A DNA stretch of 50,389 nt from Girardia tigrina (Eukaryota): NCBI GenBank assembly GCA_001938485.1, contig MQRK01252463.1, positions 1 through 50,389 on the forward strand, given 5' to 3'. Below the pieces are notes generated by a model. That model had not been told where the DNA came from. It made no database searches and worked only from the letters and a program-made list of their open reading frames with translations. This document shows, one piece after another, positions 39,491 to 50,389 of this stretch. Both the position numbers and the translations under genes were made by a program. Each line of letters starts with the position of its first letter. Position 1 is the first letter of the stretch.

Positions 39491-39990
39491 ATGGCAGGTA
39501 ATCAATTCGAATGACTCAAGAAAGATTGTTTACTTCTTTGAAAATAAGAAGAAATATTGAATTTGAAATCGATGGTGACTGTGACAGAGATATGCTTTGT
39601 GTGATTTGTGAGAATGTATTGATGAACGCTCATTTGGTCCTTGTGGGTGTCGATATTGCCTAGATTGTGTGAGAGAATATTTGAACGGAGAAGAGAAGAT
39701 GTCCTGGGAATACAGACGAATGCCACGAGGAATTATTAGATATTGATAGAAATGTTTGTGAAGATGAGCTGATGAATATACAGCTTTCGAGAGTGATTGT
39801 GAAATGTCCTCATTTTAATTGTCAGTTCAAAGATGAAGTGAGAAGAATACAAAGTCACTTGAAAAAATGTGGTTCTTTATCAACGACTTTAATGTTTCAA
39901 AATAGAAACAATAGCGATTCGAATACATTAAGTGATGTTAAGAGAGACGAAATTCTGAGAGGGGTTTTATTACAATCAAAATCTTTCTTA
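39491..39990 (+). pseudogene. TRAF-like RING finger plus zinc finger remnant with frameshifts
   Basis: CVICENVLMNAH/GPCGCRYCLDCVREYL.../CPGNTDEC, then VIVKCPHFNCQFKDEVRRIQSHLKKC, the N-terminal TRAF arrangement. No MATH domain seen. Confidence 0.8.
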
Positions 39991-40237
39991 TCAGACATAT
40001 TTGACGTTAATATTCCGAATACCACTAAAACTATCAATCACCCCATCCAACCTTCAGCACAGCAGCATGAAAGTAGTGTGAATCATAAAAATACACAAAC
40101 AACACAACATCACCACACACAACCACCTTCACAAACATCAAGAACAAAAAAAACAAGTTCGTTTCGCTACATATTCACACAGCAAATCAACTGATAACAT
40201 AACCCGATTACAACACAAAACCCTAATCCTTCTTTCT

Positions 40238-40592
40238 AGACGGGGGGATATGTTGTGTTGTAACTTTTGTAAATTATTTTTATTGTGCAGCTTTGTTTTT
40301 TTGTTGGTTGTACATTGAAAATTATGTAAATTTTTTTGTGTAAATTGTTATGTAAAAAAGAATTATTTTTAATGTGAAATTGAAATAACTGTAAAAAATT
40401 TGGTTTAACTTTATATTGAACTTGATTTTAATTACTTTTAAAAATATTAGTTGTAAAATTTTTTTTTTGCGAATATTGTCTCATTATTTTAGATAATTTT
40501 CTTATCATGAGAAATTTGTTTTAATTAACTATTTGATTAAAAATAAAATTATTTGAATCTAGACTATTTTTGCTTTTTTGATTGCTGCAACA
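40238..40592 (+). mobile_element. Polypurine tract plus 3' LTR (40251-40592)
   Basis: AGACGGGGGGATA directly before TGTTG. Inverted end CAACA at 40588-40592, AATAAA near 40542. Confidence 0.7.
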
Positions 40593-40683
40593 TCTCTTCA
40601 CTATTCAATTCAGCATTTGTTAAATCACTGAAATTAAATATCTTTGTTTCGTCCTTTCGGAACAAATAAAAAACGAAAACCAA

Positions 40684-40911
40684 ATGAGTGATTCATTATC
40701 ATCGGACTGTGAAGATGATACCAATCGTTTATTGGAATTAGAAACCATACTATTAGAAAACAGCGTTTTTTTTAAACTCCGAAGCATTTGTCGAGACCGT
40801 CCGATTCCCAGTCATTTGCGACAAGAAGTTTGGAAAATCTGTCTCAATATCAACCCCCAAATCGATCAACTGGAGCAATTCAATGAACTATTCGATTTAC
40901 CGAACCAAGAC
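40684..40911 (+). CDS. TBC1D23: TBC1 domain family member 23, first exon or 5' fragment
   Basis: LELETILLE...LRSICRDRPIPSHLRQEVWKICLN...FDLPNQD matches the TBC1D23 N-terminus as I recall it. Candidate donor gtaacc at 40912. No further exons recognised in the window. Confidence 0.8.
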
Positions 40912-40919
40912 GTAACCCC

Positions 40920-43049
40920 ACAATTCTTCTTCTCTTTTTTCCACACATAAATTAATGGTGTATTCCGAGGTGAATTACACTTCCGAATGATATTATTATG
41001 ATACCAATTTTTTATAGTCTCAATGATTTTTTCTTCGAGATGCATTGGTTGACGAAAAGGTTTTAAATTAATTGGCTCACCATTCGTCTTAATATGATGT
41101 TTTGCTAAACTGGTACATCCGATATCCCATTTGTCAGCCATGATTACTTCTGCTTGAATCCGAATGAGCTCTAACAGTTTTGAATCTACTTAACCTATGC
41201 AATCTAACGCTCTTTTCAATCTCTCTCCTGGCCTTATCACCCTGCCGAATTTCGCCTCGATGTTACACACACTTCCACGTGCTTCCCTAGATACATTATT
41301 TTCTTGAGACTCGCTCCTTTGTATGGAATAACCGAAAATTTTCATGAATACTATGCCTCCGATCAGTTCTGGAACCACACTCTCCACAACAATAAATGGT
41401 ACTACTTTTCTTGTCTGACATAGTTCTACTTCTACGTCTATTTTACCCAATACTTTCAATTTTCCGTCGTTGGCAACTCTCAAATTGATATCACGTTTTT
41501 ATAACACCAAATTATTCAAATCTTGATAATACTTCTTACTCATAACATTAACACCTCCTCCATCCATCAAACACTCCCATTGTTTCCCCTGAATTTCCAC
41601 TGTAACGCTCGGGCTCCCCTGCATTTTACTATAACATATCTCTGATTTCTGATCTTCAATCAACGCGTTAACATAGAATACTTGTTCAAAATTCTTTTTC
41701 GCAAATCCATAGACCTTATTCATCGTTCGCACATCTAGCTCGCATCCGAATCCGTGGGAATTATCTTCTAATCTCAGTGGCATCCGGCTCCAACCAACTC
41801 CCCAATTGGCGATCCCAGTCGTTTGGGTACGGCTTATCGTTTTTTTCTTCATTATCATCAAATGTGCGTTCTTCATCTTCGTTCATTGTGTTGATTTTAA
41901 ATTTTCGATCATTGTTCTGCATTCTCGATCTTCTATTGTTGTAACTATTATTTTGATTGCTAGAGTTCACTAAACATGCCGCTGTTAGATGCCCATTCCG
42001 GCCACATTTTTCACAGCGTATCTCTGGACATTGAGTTCGCCTATGTCCTTTTTTCCGCACAAGAAACAAACCAATGGCTGTCTGTTAGGGCAGTTTCGAC
42101 TGATGTGCTCAGTCTCTTTACAATTCCAACACTGCACAGGTCTTCTTTGTTGGCAATTTCTGCTGAAATGTCCTGGTTGCTGACATGTATAGCATTTGGA
42201 CTCGGTTGATTCCACTCTTGAGAGTTGTTTTCTCGACTGAGTTTGATTTACCCATTTTTTAGTTACCTCAGGAGCCCTGCTGTTTTGAACAACATCTCGA
42301 TAACTTCGGACAGCATTGATCCTGCTCTTCTTTTCGTGGTTTATTTCGTCTACGAGAGCAACGAACTCAGATATTTCCTTGGCACTCTTTAATTTCCGTA
42401 ATTTAATTTCACGAACAACATCTTCATCATCAATGCAATGAATTAAAATTTGAGCTTTTAGCTCTTCTTCCTCGAGTCTATGCGACAACGCATTTTTTTA
42501 CCAACCGGTCTACTTTTTTGAAAAAGGTCTGTGCGTTATCAGCACCTTTGCGATAACTCAACAGTTTTCCCAATCCGTCGCGGCTGCTCTCGGCTTCTCA
42601 AACGCTAGTCTTAGCCGATCCTCAAAATTATCAGCTTTACCAGCTGTGTTCTCATATGCTTCCAAGAGATATATCATGTATCATGGAGTAAATACATGTT
42701 TGCCATTTCTTTTGATTAATTCCCGCTGCTTCAAAATATCTTCTGCAACGAGAAATAAATTTCTCTAGATCTTCTCCGATCTGGAACATGTCAGGAATCA
42801 GTCGGTTCGTGATTGAATCCGCTAGCGCTGCCACCATGTTAAGTTGGGTATTATCTTCCATTCTAAATCAAAAGAAATTAAAATTTTCAAAATTTATTCA
42901 AAATCTTGTTATTTAAACAAATTTTCATTTTTTTATTTTCTTTTTTTTAATTTTCCAATATTTTTTTAATTTCGATTATAATTCGAAATTTTTAAAAAAC
43001 CGAATTTCCTATTTCTGAAAATTAAAAAATTAACAACAACACTCTTACA
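40920..43049 (-). mobile_element. Ty3/Gypsy element: 5' LTR (43049-42837), PBS, gag, protease and RT start; 3' truncated
   Basis: TGTAAG...CTTAACA LTR, PBS TGGTGGCAGCG, four CCHC knuckles, protease ECLMDGG.VNVM...LIGGIVFMKIFG, and ADKWDIGCTSLAKHHIKTNGEPI...SPRNTPLIYVWKK. Confidence 0.92.
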
Positions 43050-43115
43050 ATCTTTTCTGGCTTATTTTATGCACATTATTAAATTATTTATCATTAACTT
43101 ATTTATTTATATGTA

Positions 43116-45155
43116 TAGTGCACTATCGATTATCCGGGCTAATGCTGGGGTGGATGGACACGTTTAATTGAGAAACACGGTTAATCAGAATCATCAAATT
43201 TTTATTTTATTTTCGAATACAATATCATCTACACAACATAAATTTTTAACACATTATTTTTATATTCATTATTTATCAAGAAACCCAAAAAAATAAGTAA
43301 ATATATAATATTTATCATAAATCATAAAATGAAACATCAATAAATCATCAAAATATAAAAAAATATACATCGTTTTATATATATACAAATTAAAAAATCT
43401 GTTATTTTTGTTTGTTTTTGACGTCTTTTTAGAGAATTTCTAATTTCACATCTAAATATCCTTAAAGCCATAATATTATTATATTCTGTTCCCCTTTGAT
43501 TAGCATACTCTAATAGTGTTTCTAGACAATTTAATGCCGTTTCATGGCTTACGTAACCACTGATGTCTTCTTCGCTTGAAGTATCACTCTCATTTTCTTC
43601 CTCTTGAGTGACAAGAGAAAGGATTTCAGGGTCATCCATGCGTTGAAATCCGGGGTCATTCAAATCACGGTTGAGCTATTCTTCTATATTTTCTTCATCC
43701 ACGTCTTTAAAAAAAATTTATATTTTCTAATAATCCACACAATTCAGTTACAAAATTTTCTTCATTCTCTTCCGGATCCATTAAATCTTTTTCTATGTCA
43801 GGAAGAATCTTTCTCCATGATCGAGCGAGTGTTACTGGCTTCACTTTTGTCCAAGATTGCGCTATCCCATGTATANNNNNNNNNNNNNNNNNNNNNNNNN
43901 NNNNNNNNNNNNNNNNNNNNNNNNNNNNNNNNNNNNNNNNNNNNNNNNNNNNNNNNNNNNNNNNNNNNNNNNNNNNNNNNNNNNNNNNNNNNNNNNNNNN
44001 NNNNNNNNNNNNNNNNNNNNNNNNNNNNNATTTTGTGATCATAAGTCCATCGTTTTTCTTCAATATGCTTTCATTCGGATGAGAAGAAGCATTATCTAAT
44101 AACAAAACTGCTTTCTGTGGCAACCCCTTATTTTTTAAAACTAATTGCACCTCTTGGACCCATTCCTTTTTGAACCAATCTTCAAAAATTTCCCTGTCCA
44201 TCCATGTCCCTTTCTGACTATAATAATCGACGGGAAGATTTTTTACTTCGGTTCCCTTAAAGGATCGAGGTTTTCTTGATTTTCCGATTACTAACAGTGT
44301 CAATTTATGCGATCCGGATGCATTCCCGCAACATAAAACCGTAATTCTCCCTTTGGACGATTTATGTCCAGGAGCAGACTTTTCTCTTATCGAAGCTAGA
44401 GTTTTTGTTGGTAAACACTTCCAGTACAAGCCAGTTTCATCTGCATTATAAATTTGATCAGGTTGCAAATTTTCTCTTTGCAAAAATTCTTGAAATTCGA
44501 TACAGAAGTCGTGAGCAGCGTCAGTATTTGAACTGAGGCGTTCTCCCTGAATCGTAAGCTGACGAATCCCGTGTCGCTGTTTGAACCTCGTCATCCAGCC
44601 TGACGAGGCGTTGAAATTTTCTTCGATTTCTAAATTTTTATGAAATGTCTTCGCTGCTTCGATGCACATTTCGCCACTGATTGGTATTCCCTATGCTCGT
44701 TTTTGATTGAACCATATCAGCATGGCTGCATCCAAATCTTCGAATGTCGACGTTTTCATACTCTTTCGTTTCGAAGGGCCTGCAGAACTATCGCAATCTC
44801 TAGCAAACGCCTCTAACTTATTTTTTTGTTTGACTATATCTCGAACAGTTTGAATACAAATTCCATATTCTTCGGAAAGTTTTGACATGGATTCTCCTAT
44901 TTCGCATTTCTCAATCAACGTAAGTTTCTGTTTTATCGTGAGTACGATTCTCTTTCGTTTTTTTGTTAATTGTTCTTTTTCCATTTTTAAACGGTACAGA
45001 TATGTAGAGCTAAAATATGAATTTTTGAGATTATATATAACAATAAAAATAATATCAAACAAAAAGAAATTAAAAATAATCAAACTAAATTTTTATTAAA
45101 AAATATTTATTTTCAGGCACGGTTAATCCGCGCACGGTTAATCGAGAGTACACTG
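43116..45155 (-). mobile_element. Near full-length Tigger (Jerky-like) transposon; transposase ~44984-43390 with a stop and a frameshift
   Basis: TA-flanked TIRs (c/t)agtg(t/c)act(c/a)tcgatta. HTH KRKRIVLTIKQKL, ASSGWMTRFKQRHG, YNADETGLYWK, LLLDNASSH, C-terminal QTKITDF. Confidence 0.95.
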
Positions 45156-45844
45156 TAGTTTTAATTGATTGAGCTTTATATTTATTTAAATTAATTTTTA
45201 TGATTATAGACTATTTCTAATTAATTTATTTAAGTTTATTAAAAATTATGATTACAATTTATAAAAAAAATAATTATTTTTGAATTTTTATTATTTATTT
45301 TTTATTAATAAATTGTTATTATTTAAATTATTTTTTGACGTATTTTAATTAAATAAATTTATTATTTATTTTTATAATATTTTATTTCTAATTTTTTTAA
45401 TTTAAATTGATTAAAATTAGTTATTTTTTTCAATTATTTAATTTATTTTTTATTATTTTTTAATTAATTAATTAATCCTCGAGTAAGAGTAACAATTCAA
45501 AGATATTCGCCTCTCTCTGTCTCAATTGTAACGAACGAACTTTGAACGATTCATTCGATCGATGCGATGGCCTCTGTCGCTCGTAAATTCGAAGTGCGTC
45601 CGATCAAATCGCATTTTTTCTCTCACAAATTCGTTTTGATCGTTGATCAAGTCCGTGAACGAGAGAAATTTCAGTTAATCCCACAAAGATTTTGTCGCAA
45701 AGTGATTCAAATGAGCACTTTGAACAATTTGTTTAAACAACAATTAAATTTTTATACAATAAAATCATGAAATAATTAACATATTTATCGGCATTAAAGC
45801 AGCAGGTGATGTAATATTTTACAAAAAAGACAAAAATTTCATGT

Positions 45845-46830
45845 GATGCGTGTTATCTGCCGGTGCGGGTTATACAATAAATTAATATCAAAAATAAAAC
45901 TAAAATTTATTTAACAACATCATCAGACAAAAATTATCACAAATCGAATCATCTTCATTAAAATTATCTAAGCAGTAATCTATCGTTTCAATTTTATTGT
46001 CTTTAATGCTGTCTCAACGCAAAATTTCCTATCTTACAAAATCATTATATTATTACGGAACATGGAACATCTCTTCTGCTTTAACAATCCAGTTCCACTC
46101 CAGAATATATAGCACGTTTTTCTCTGCAACACTTTATCCAATCCTACCATTCTTTCTTTACCTTTATTTAAAAGAATGATTTTCCGTTAAATCTAATCGT
46201 TGAAGCCTTTTTGTAAGTCCTCCTCGGCTTTTAGTAATATTTGCAACTGATAATTTAATAATTTTTGTACAACTTCTTTAAAAGCTGACATCGAACAATT
46301 AAATAATAATGATATTCTATTAAAAAATCCATTAGCCTACCTCTGAAAGATTTATTGGTTCATGACATAATTGTATCGGTATTCGTCCATCCTTTTTTGT
46401 TGTCTTCAACAATAATTTCAGAAGTAAATATTTCATGCGGTATTGTTGCTCGTTTAAATATGACTATTGGCTTCAACTGTTGTCCATCTATAGCACTAGT
46501 CGAAGCAACTGTGAAACATGATTTTTTACACTTTTGGTTGATTTTGTTACTCTTTTCGCGCCCCTTTCATTTAATGTTCTTGTTAGTGGTATGTGAAATG
46601 CGATAAGGATTTCATTCATACTAATATTCGATGATTAGAATAGCTTATTTTCTTTGATTTCAGTACAAAATAATTCTCAAAACAAAGAAATTTATTTTCA
46701 AGTTCTCCAGTAATTTCTGGCCGGTTGTTGTTCTGGTTGAAATTGGCAATGACATCCTTTTCATAAATCAACTTATCCACCCAGACCCACAAGTAAAACC
46801 AGTTATTTGTTTCTTTAAAGCCAATTGAAT
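45845..46830 (-). mobile_element. Degraded pogo transposase remnant
   Basis: GFTCGSGWI, SMNEILIAFHIP..RTL..RGAK, FTVASTSAIDGQQLKPIVIFK, NKKGWTN. Confidence 0.75.
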
Positions 46831-47379
46831 AACATTGCTATGATTAAAAAAAACCAGTATAGCATTGTCAATTTAGTCTAATGAGGACGGTTGATGCGAC
46901 GAAATTGATTACAATATATTTTTGACGAACGTTTTTGATTTTTAAAAATAATCAATCGTCATTGTGGTGCTCGAATATTAAATAAAATTACATTTTGTTT
47001 TAATAATATAATAATTTACAATGAAATAGAAATATTACAATGACATTTAAATTTATAAACCAAATTAGCTTGCAATTTACAAAACGTTTTCGATTTATTT
47101 GAGAGGAAGCTTTGTGCTTTGGGCACCAATAAAACCATTGTGATACTACCTATATACTTGCAAATACTTTTTTAACGCTAGATTTACGATGGTTGATTAT
47201 ATACCTATTTTACTGAAGTGAACCAATTTAACTCATACAACAAGTGATCTCATAACCGTAGAAATATGTAAACCACATTCAAATATGCGAAATGAGGGAA
47301 TCTGAAGAGTTGAGTAATCTTTATTTCATTACGTAACTAAAAACCATGATATGTGTTTAAAAAAATGATATTTCAGTTG

Positions 47380-47410
<31 letters not shown>

Positions 47411-47586
47411 AAATGAGTCAAATAGAATCAGTCCATAAATATAGTTTTAAATGCTTCATATCCTTCAGAATATGGTATTTTAATGATTTGTTTGTAATTT
47501 TCAATGTTTTCTTAAAAGAAAGAAATCAGAGAAGAAGACAACTTTAAAAAATCACGTTACCATAAATACATTGTAGGAATGTAATA

Positions 47587-48880
47587 CAGTGCATTCCAAA
47601 AGTCTGTTCGCACCCATTGAAATTTTGATTTATGCTATTTATTAATTTTTTTAATTTGTTTAAATGCTTTAATTTAAATAATTTTAGTAAATTTAAAATT
47701 GAAATATCAAGACCATCTTTTTTTAAGATGAATTAATTAAATGTCTATCTTTTAGATTCAATGACAAGTCAAAATATAGATATAAGGTTTAGAATTATTA
47801 TTGTAGAATTAATGAACGAGGGTCATTCAACGGATCGGATACAAGAAATTATGAAGGTTAGACATGGTATTATTGTTTCAAAACGGGGTATTCAAAAATT
47901 GTACATAAGTTCAAGACATTAGGTATATATGAAGATAAAAAACGTAGTGGACGACCTTCAAAATTATGCTTGAAAAATAGGCGCATGTCGATAAGTAAAA
48001 TAACAGGAGCTTTCAATGCAGCTGGAATGATACATGCATCACGAAGTACAGTGAATAGAATTTTGATAAAGTACGGCTTAAAAANNNNNNNNNNNNNNNN
48101 NNNNNNNNNNNNNNNNNNNNNNNNNNNNNNNNNNNNNNNNNNNNNNNNNNNNNNNNNNNNNNNNNNNNNNNNNNNNNNNNNNNNGAATGTAGTTTTTAGC
48201 GATGAATCTATGTTCCGCACATATAGCCACACTCGTAGCGAAATCGTTAGAAGGTTGACAATGAAAGACTTAGTCACATTTGTACTAAGAAGGTCCTCCA
48301 ACACGGTGCCCAAGTTCATGTATGGAGATCTTTCTCCAGATTTGGTGTTGGTATCTTAAAACGGATAAACGGAAATTTAAATTCGAAGAACTATCAAGAC
48401 CTAACTGTCAATAACATAGACATTACAGGGCAATACTTGGTATTTCCTCTTCCAAATTTTATATTTTCGCAAGACAATGCGCCTTGCCATCGATCAGCAT
48501 CAACAGTGTCTTTTGAAAACAAAGAAGATAAATATTTTTGATTGGCCTGCCAACTCACCAGATATAAACCCAATAGAGAATTTGTGGGGTATTATAAAGA
48601 GAAAAATAAATAATATGGATACTTTGAATTCAGAGAAAATGTGGATAGAAATACAAAAGTTATTGTACAACATACCAAGTTCTTTATGTCGTCGACTTGT
48701 CGATTTGATGCCGCAAAAGGTGTCTTCAATCATCAAGATGAAAGGATATCACACAAAATATTAAAAATAACATTTTTATTTGTAAATATAATATTTACTT
48801 CCACTTCATCGTCTTTTTACTTAGGAAATTTGTATAAGTGATGATTTTTATGGGTGCGAACAGACTTTTGGAACNCACTG
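47587..48880 (+). mobile_element. Tc1-family transposon; transposase ~47761-48764, frameshifted
   Basis: TA-flanked 30-bp TIRs cagtgcattccaaaagtctgttcgcaccca. Motifs RSGRP, VVFSDES, QDNAPCH, WPANSPDINPIENLW, GYHTKY. Confidence 0.95.
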
Positions 48881-48899
48881 TACTAAAATCCCCTTTTAC

Positions 48900-50300
48900 A
48901 TACGCTCAAATAAGATCTAAATGAACAAATTCTAAAACAACAAGGATCAAGCACCTGCCTTTGATATCACAGTCAGAGGTCAAGTACAAAATTCATGAGA
49001 TTACCTGAAAACACCAGCGACCACATTTTCTATACAACAGCTGCAAAAGATGGAGCCGGTATCAAACGAATGGCTGACGAATACGTCATTCAATCAATCA
49101 TGTACATATACCGCCTTCTAAATTCCAAAGATCATAGATTAAAAGGAGCAACTTTTGCAAATCCCCGCAACTTTTACACTAATCACAAATCACTAAATGA
49201 TATCCCAAATATGTTCCATAACCTAAACAGTAACGATCCAAAACCTTACGCCAGTGGTGGCCAAACTGGGTGTCGCGACACCCTAGGGTGATTTTTAAAA
49301 AGATTTTTACGCGTAAGTAATTGTTTTATCATACTACTAACGCCTTGTTACAATTCACCAAAAATTTAATGCAAAGGCATATGGGTGTCGCGAAATTTTT
49401 CCGTTTACAAAAAGGTGTCGCGGTGCAAAAAAGGTTGGCCACCACTGCCTTACGCTAAAGCAGCTTGAAAATGGTCCAAATTCACCATCGTAAGAAAAAT
49501 GCTTATAAAAGAACTCCACATAAATATCAAACTTGACTGGATCGAAGACGAAAACAGAGTCAACTTAACTATTGAATTCGAGAACAAGATTGCCTTTGTC
49601 AACTCATCCAATGAAGCAGCAATCTCATCCATCTTACTCAACTACAATAACCAACCACCTAAATGTCTACCCTTACAAAATAAAAGACTACACCTTTGAT
49701 GTATACACTAGTAATGAAACTTTAAACAAAACAATCATGAGAGGATGGATCACCTTTGAAGGATGGTACTTCATACATTACACAAGACTAGGCCTCCACC
49801 TGAAACTATCGAAGTCACTTGTTTTACACCAAAATCACTAACAAGTGCAGAAGATGCAAAACACACATGGAAATACCCATGCATATCATCAACCACTACA
49901 TCTACTCCTTAGACTTCGGCACTAAAAAAACATGAAAATAATAAAAATGACTTAGCAAAATTCCTTCGAAAGCGATTCGGAGAAGATGCGGTCTTTACAG
50001 AAACACTACATACTCTCGCAGATGGTACTCTTAAAGTAATGGGCATATATATCGAACTTGGAAACAACGTATAGATCATCGAAGTAAGAAACCCGTGAGA
50101 CTCAGATAGATAGGTTTTCAACACTTATGACAGAGTCTGTTTCCAATACCTTGATGTGCAAATCGACCTCATAGAACGCAAGAACAAGAACGAAGTGATC
50201 ATTTAACCTTTGTTATCGGCAGCCTAGGAAGATGGCACTATGACGACGATTCCCTTCTGTTACCAATTGATCATATATATACAGGGTTATCATAAAGTAA
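48900..50300 (+). mobile_element. 3' part of an RLE-type (R2/NeSL-like) non-LTR retrotransposon, degraded
   Basis: IFYT...DGAGI...RLLNSKD, WYFIHYTRLGL, CRRC...E...HI, KHE, IIEV, VIGSLGRW in the order of RT thumb, CCHC and restriction-like endonuclease. Confidence 0.78.
49252..49447. mobile_element. 196-bp hAT MITE
   Basis: TIRs CAGTGGTGGCCAA, perfect 8-bp TSD CCTTACGC (49244-49251, 49448-49455), internal ggtgtcgcg repeats. Confidence 0.93.
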
Positions 50301-50389
50301 CTAGAGTTTTAAAACCACTTTAATATTTCGTAGAAATAGTGGAAAACACAAAACAAATTGAAAAATGTATTCAGTTATATTTCGGATTT

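Noticed and set aside
45480-45780. CpG-rich patch as a downstream TBC1D23 exon
   Set aside because: The frames I translated did not resemble a TBC domain and no convincing splice sites were seen.
46877-46910. Hammerhead-like ctaatgag...gaaa
   Set aside because: The core differs from CTGATGA and stem II does not pair.

Overview
AT-rich eukaryotic (invertebrate-like) genomic DNA with several N gaps. Short 44-66 nt GT-AG introns and heavy transposon load would fit a planarian-type genome, but the taxon is a guess. Host genes reconstructed by hand: intact EAF (51-1001, -), intact eIF3j (10859-11571, -), an RPL14 homolog (12526-15111, -) split by an LTR-like insertion, a probable first exon of TBC1D23 (40684-40911, +) and a decayed TRAF-type RING sequence (~39.5-40.0 kb). 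Most of the rest is nested transposon debris: Tc1, rosa-like, mariner, maT, Tigger/pogo, piggyBac, MULE foldback, hAT MITEs, several Ty3/Gypsy 5' ends and solo LTRs, and an RLE-type non-LTR element. Most notable: (i) four Gypsy 5' ends where the LTR-terminal A plus the PBS 'TG' form an in-frame gag ATG; (ii) an insertion in an RPL14 exon whose ends read as a frame-restoring GC-AG intron; (iii) two decayed intronless ORFs with ubiquitin-like domains, one with five RanBP2/NZF-like fingers; (iv) a TRAF RING remnant next to a PPT+LTR that lies just upstream of TBC1D23. All calls come from reading the sequence; no searches were run.
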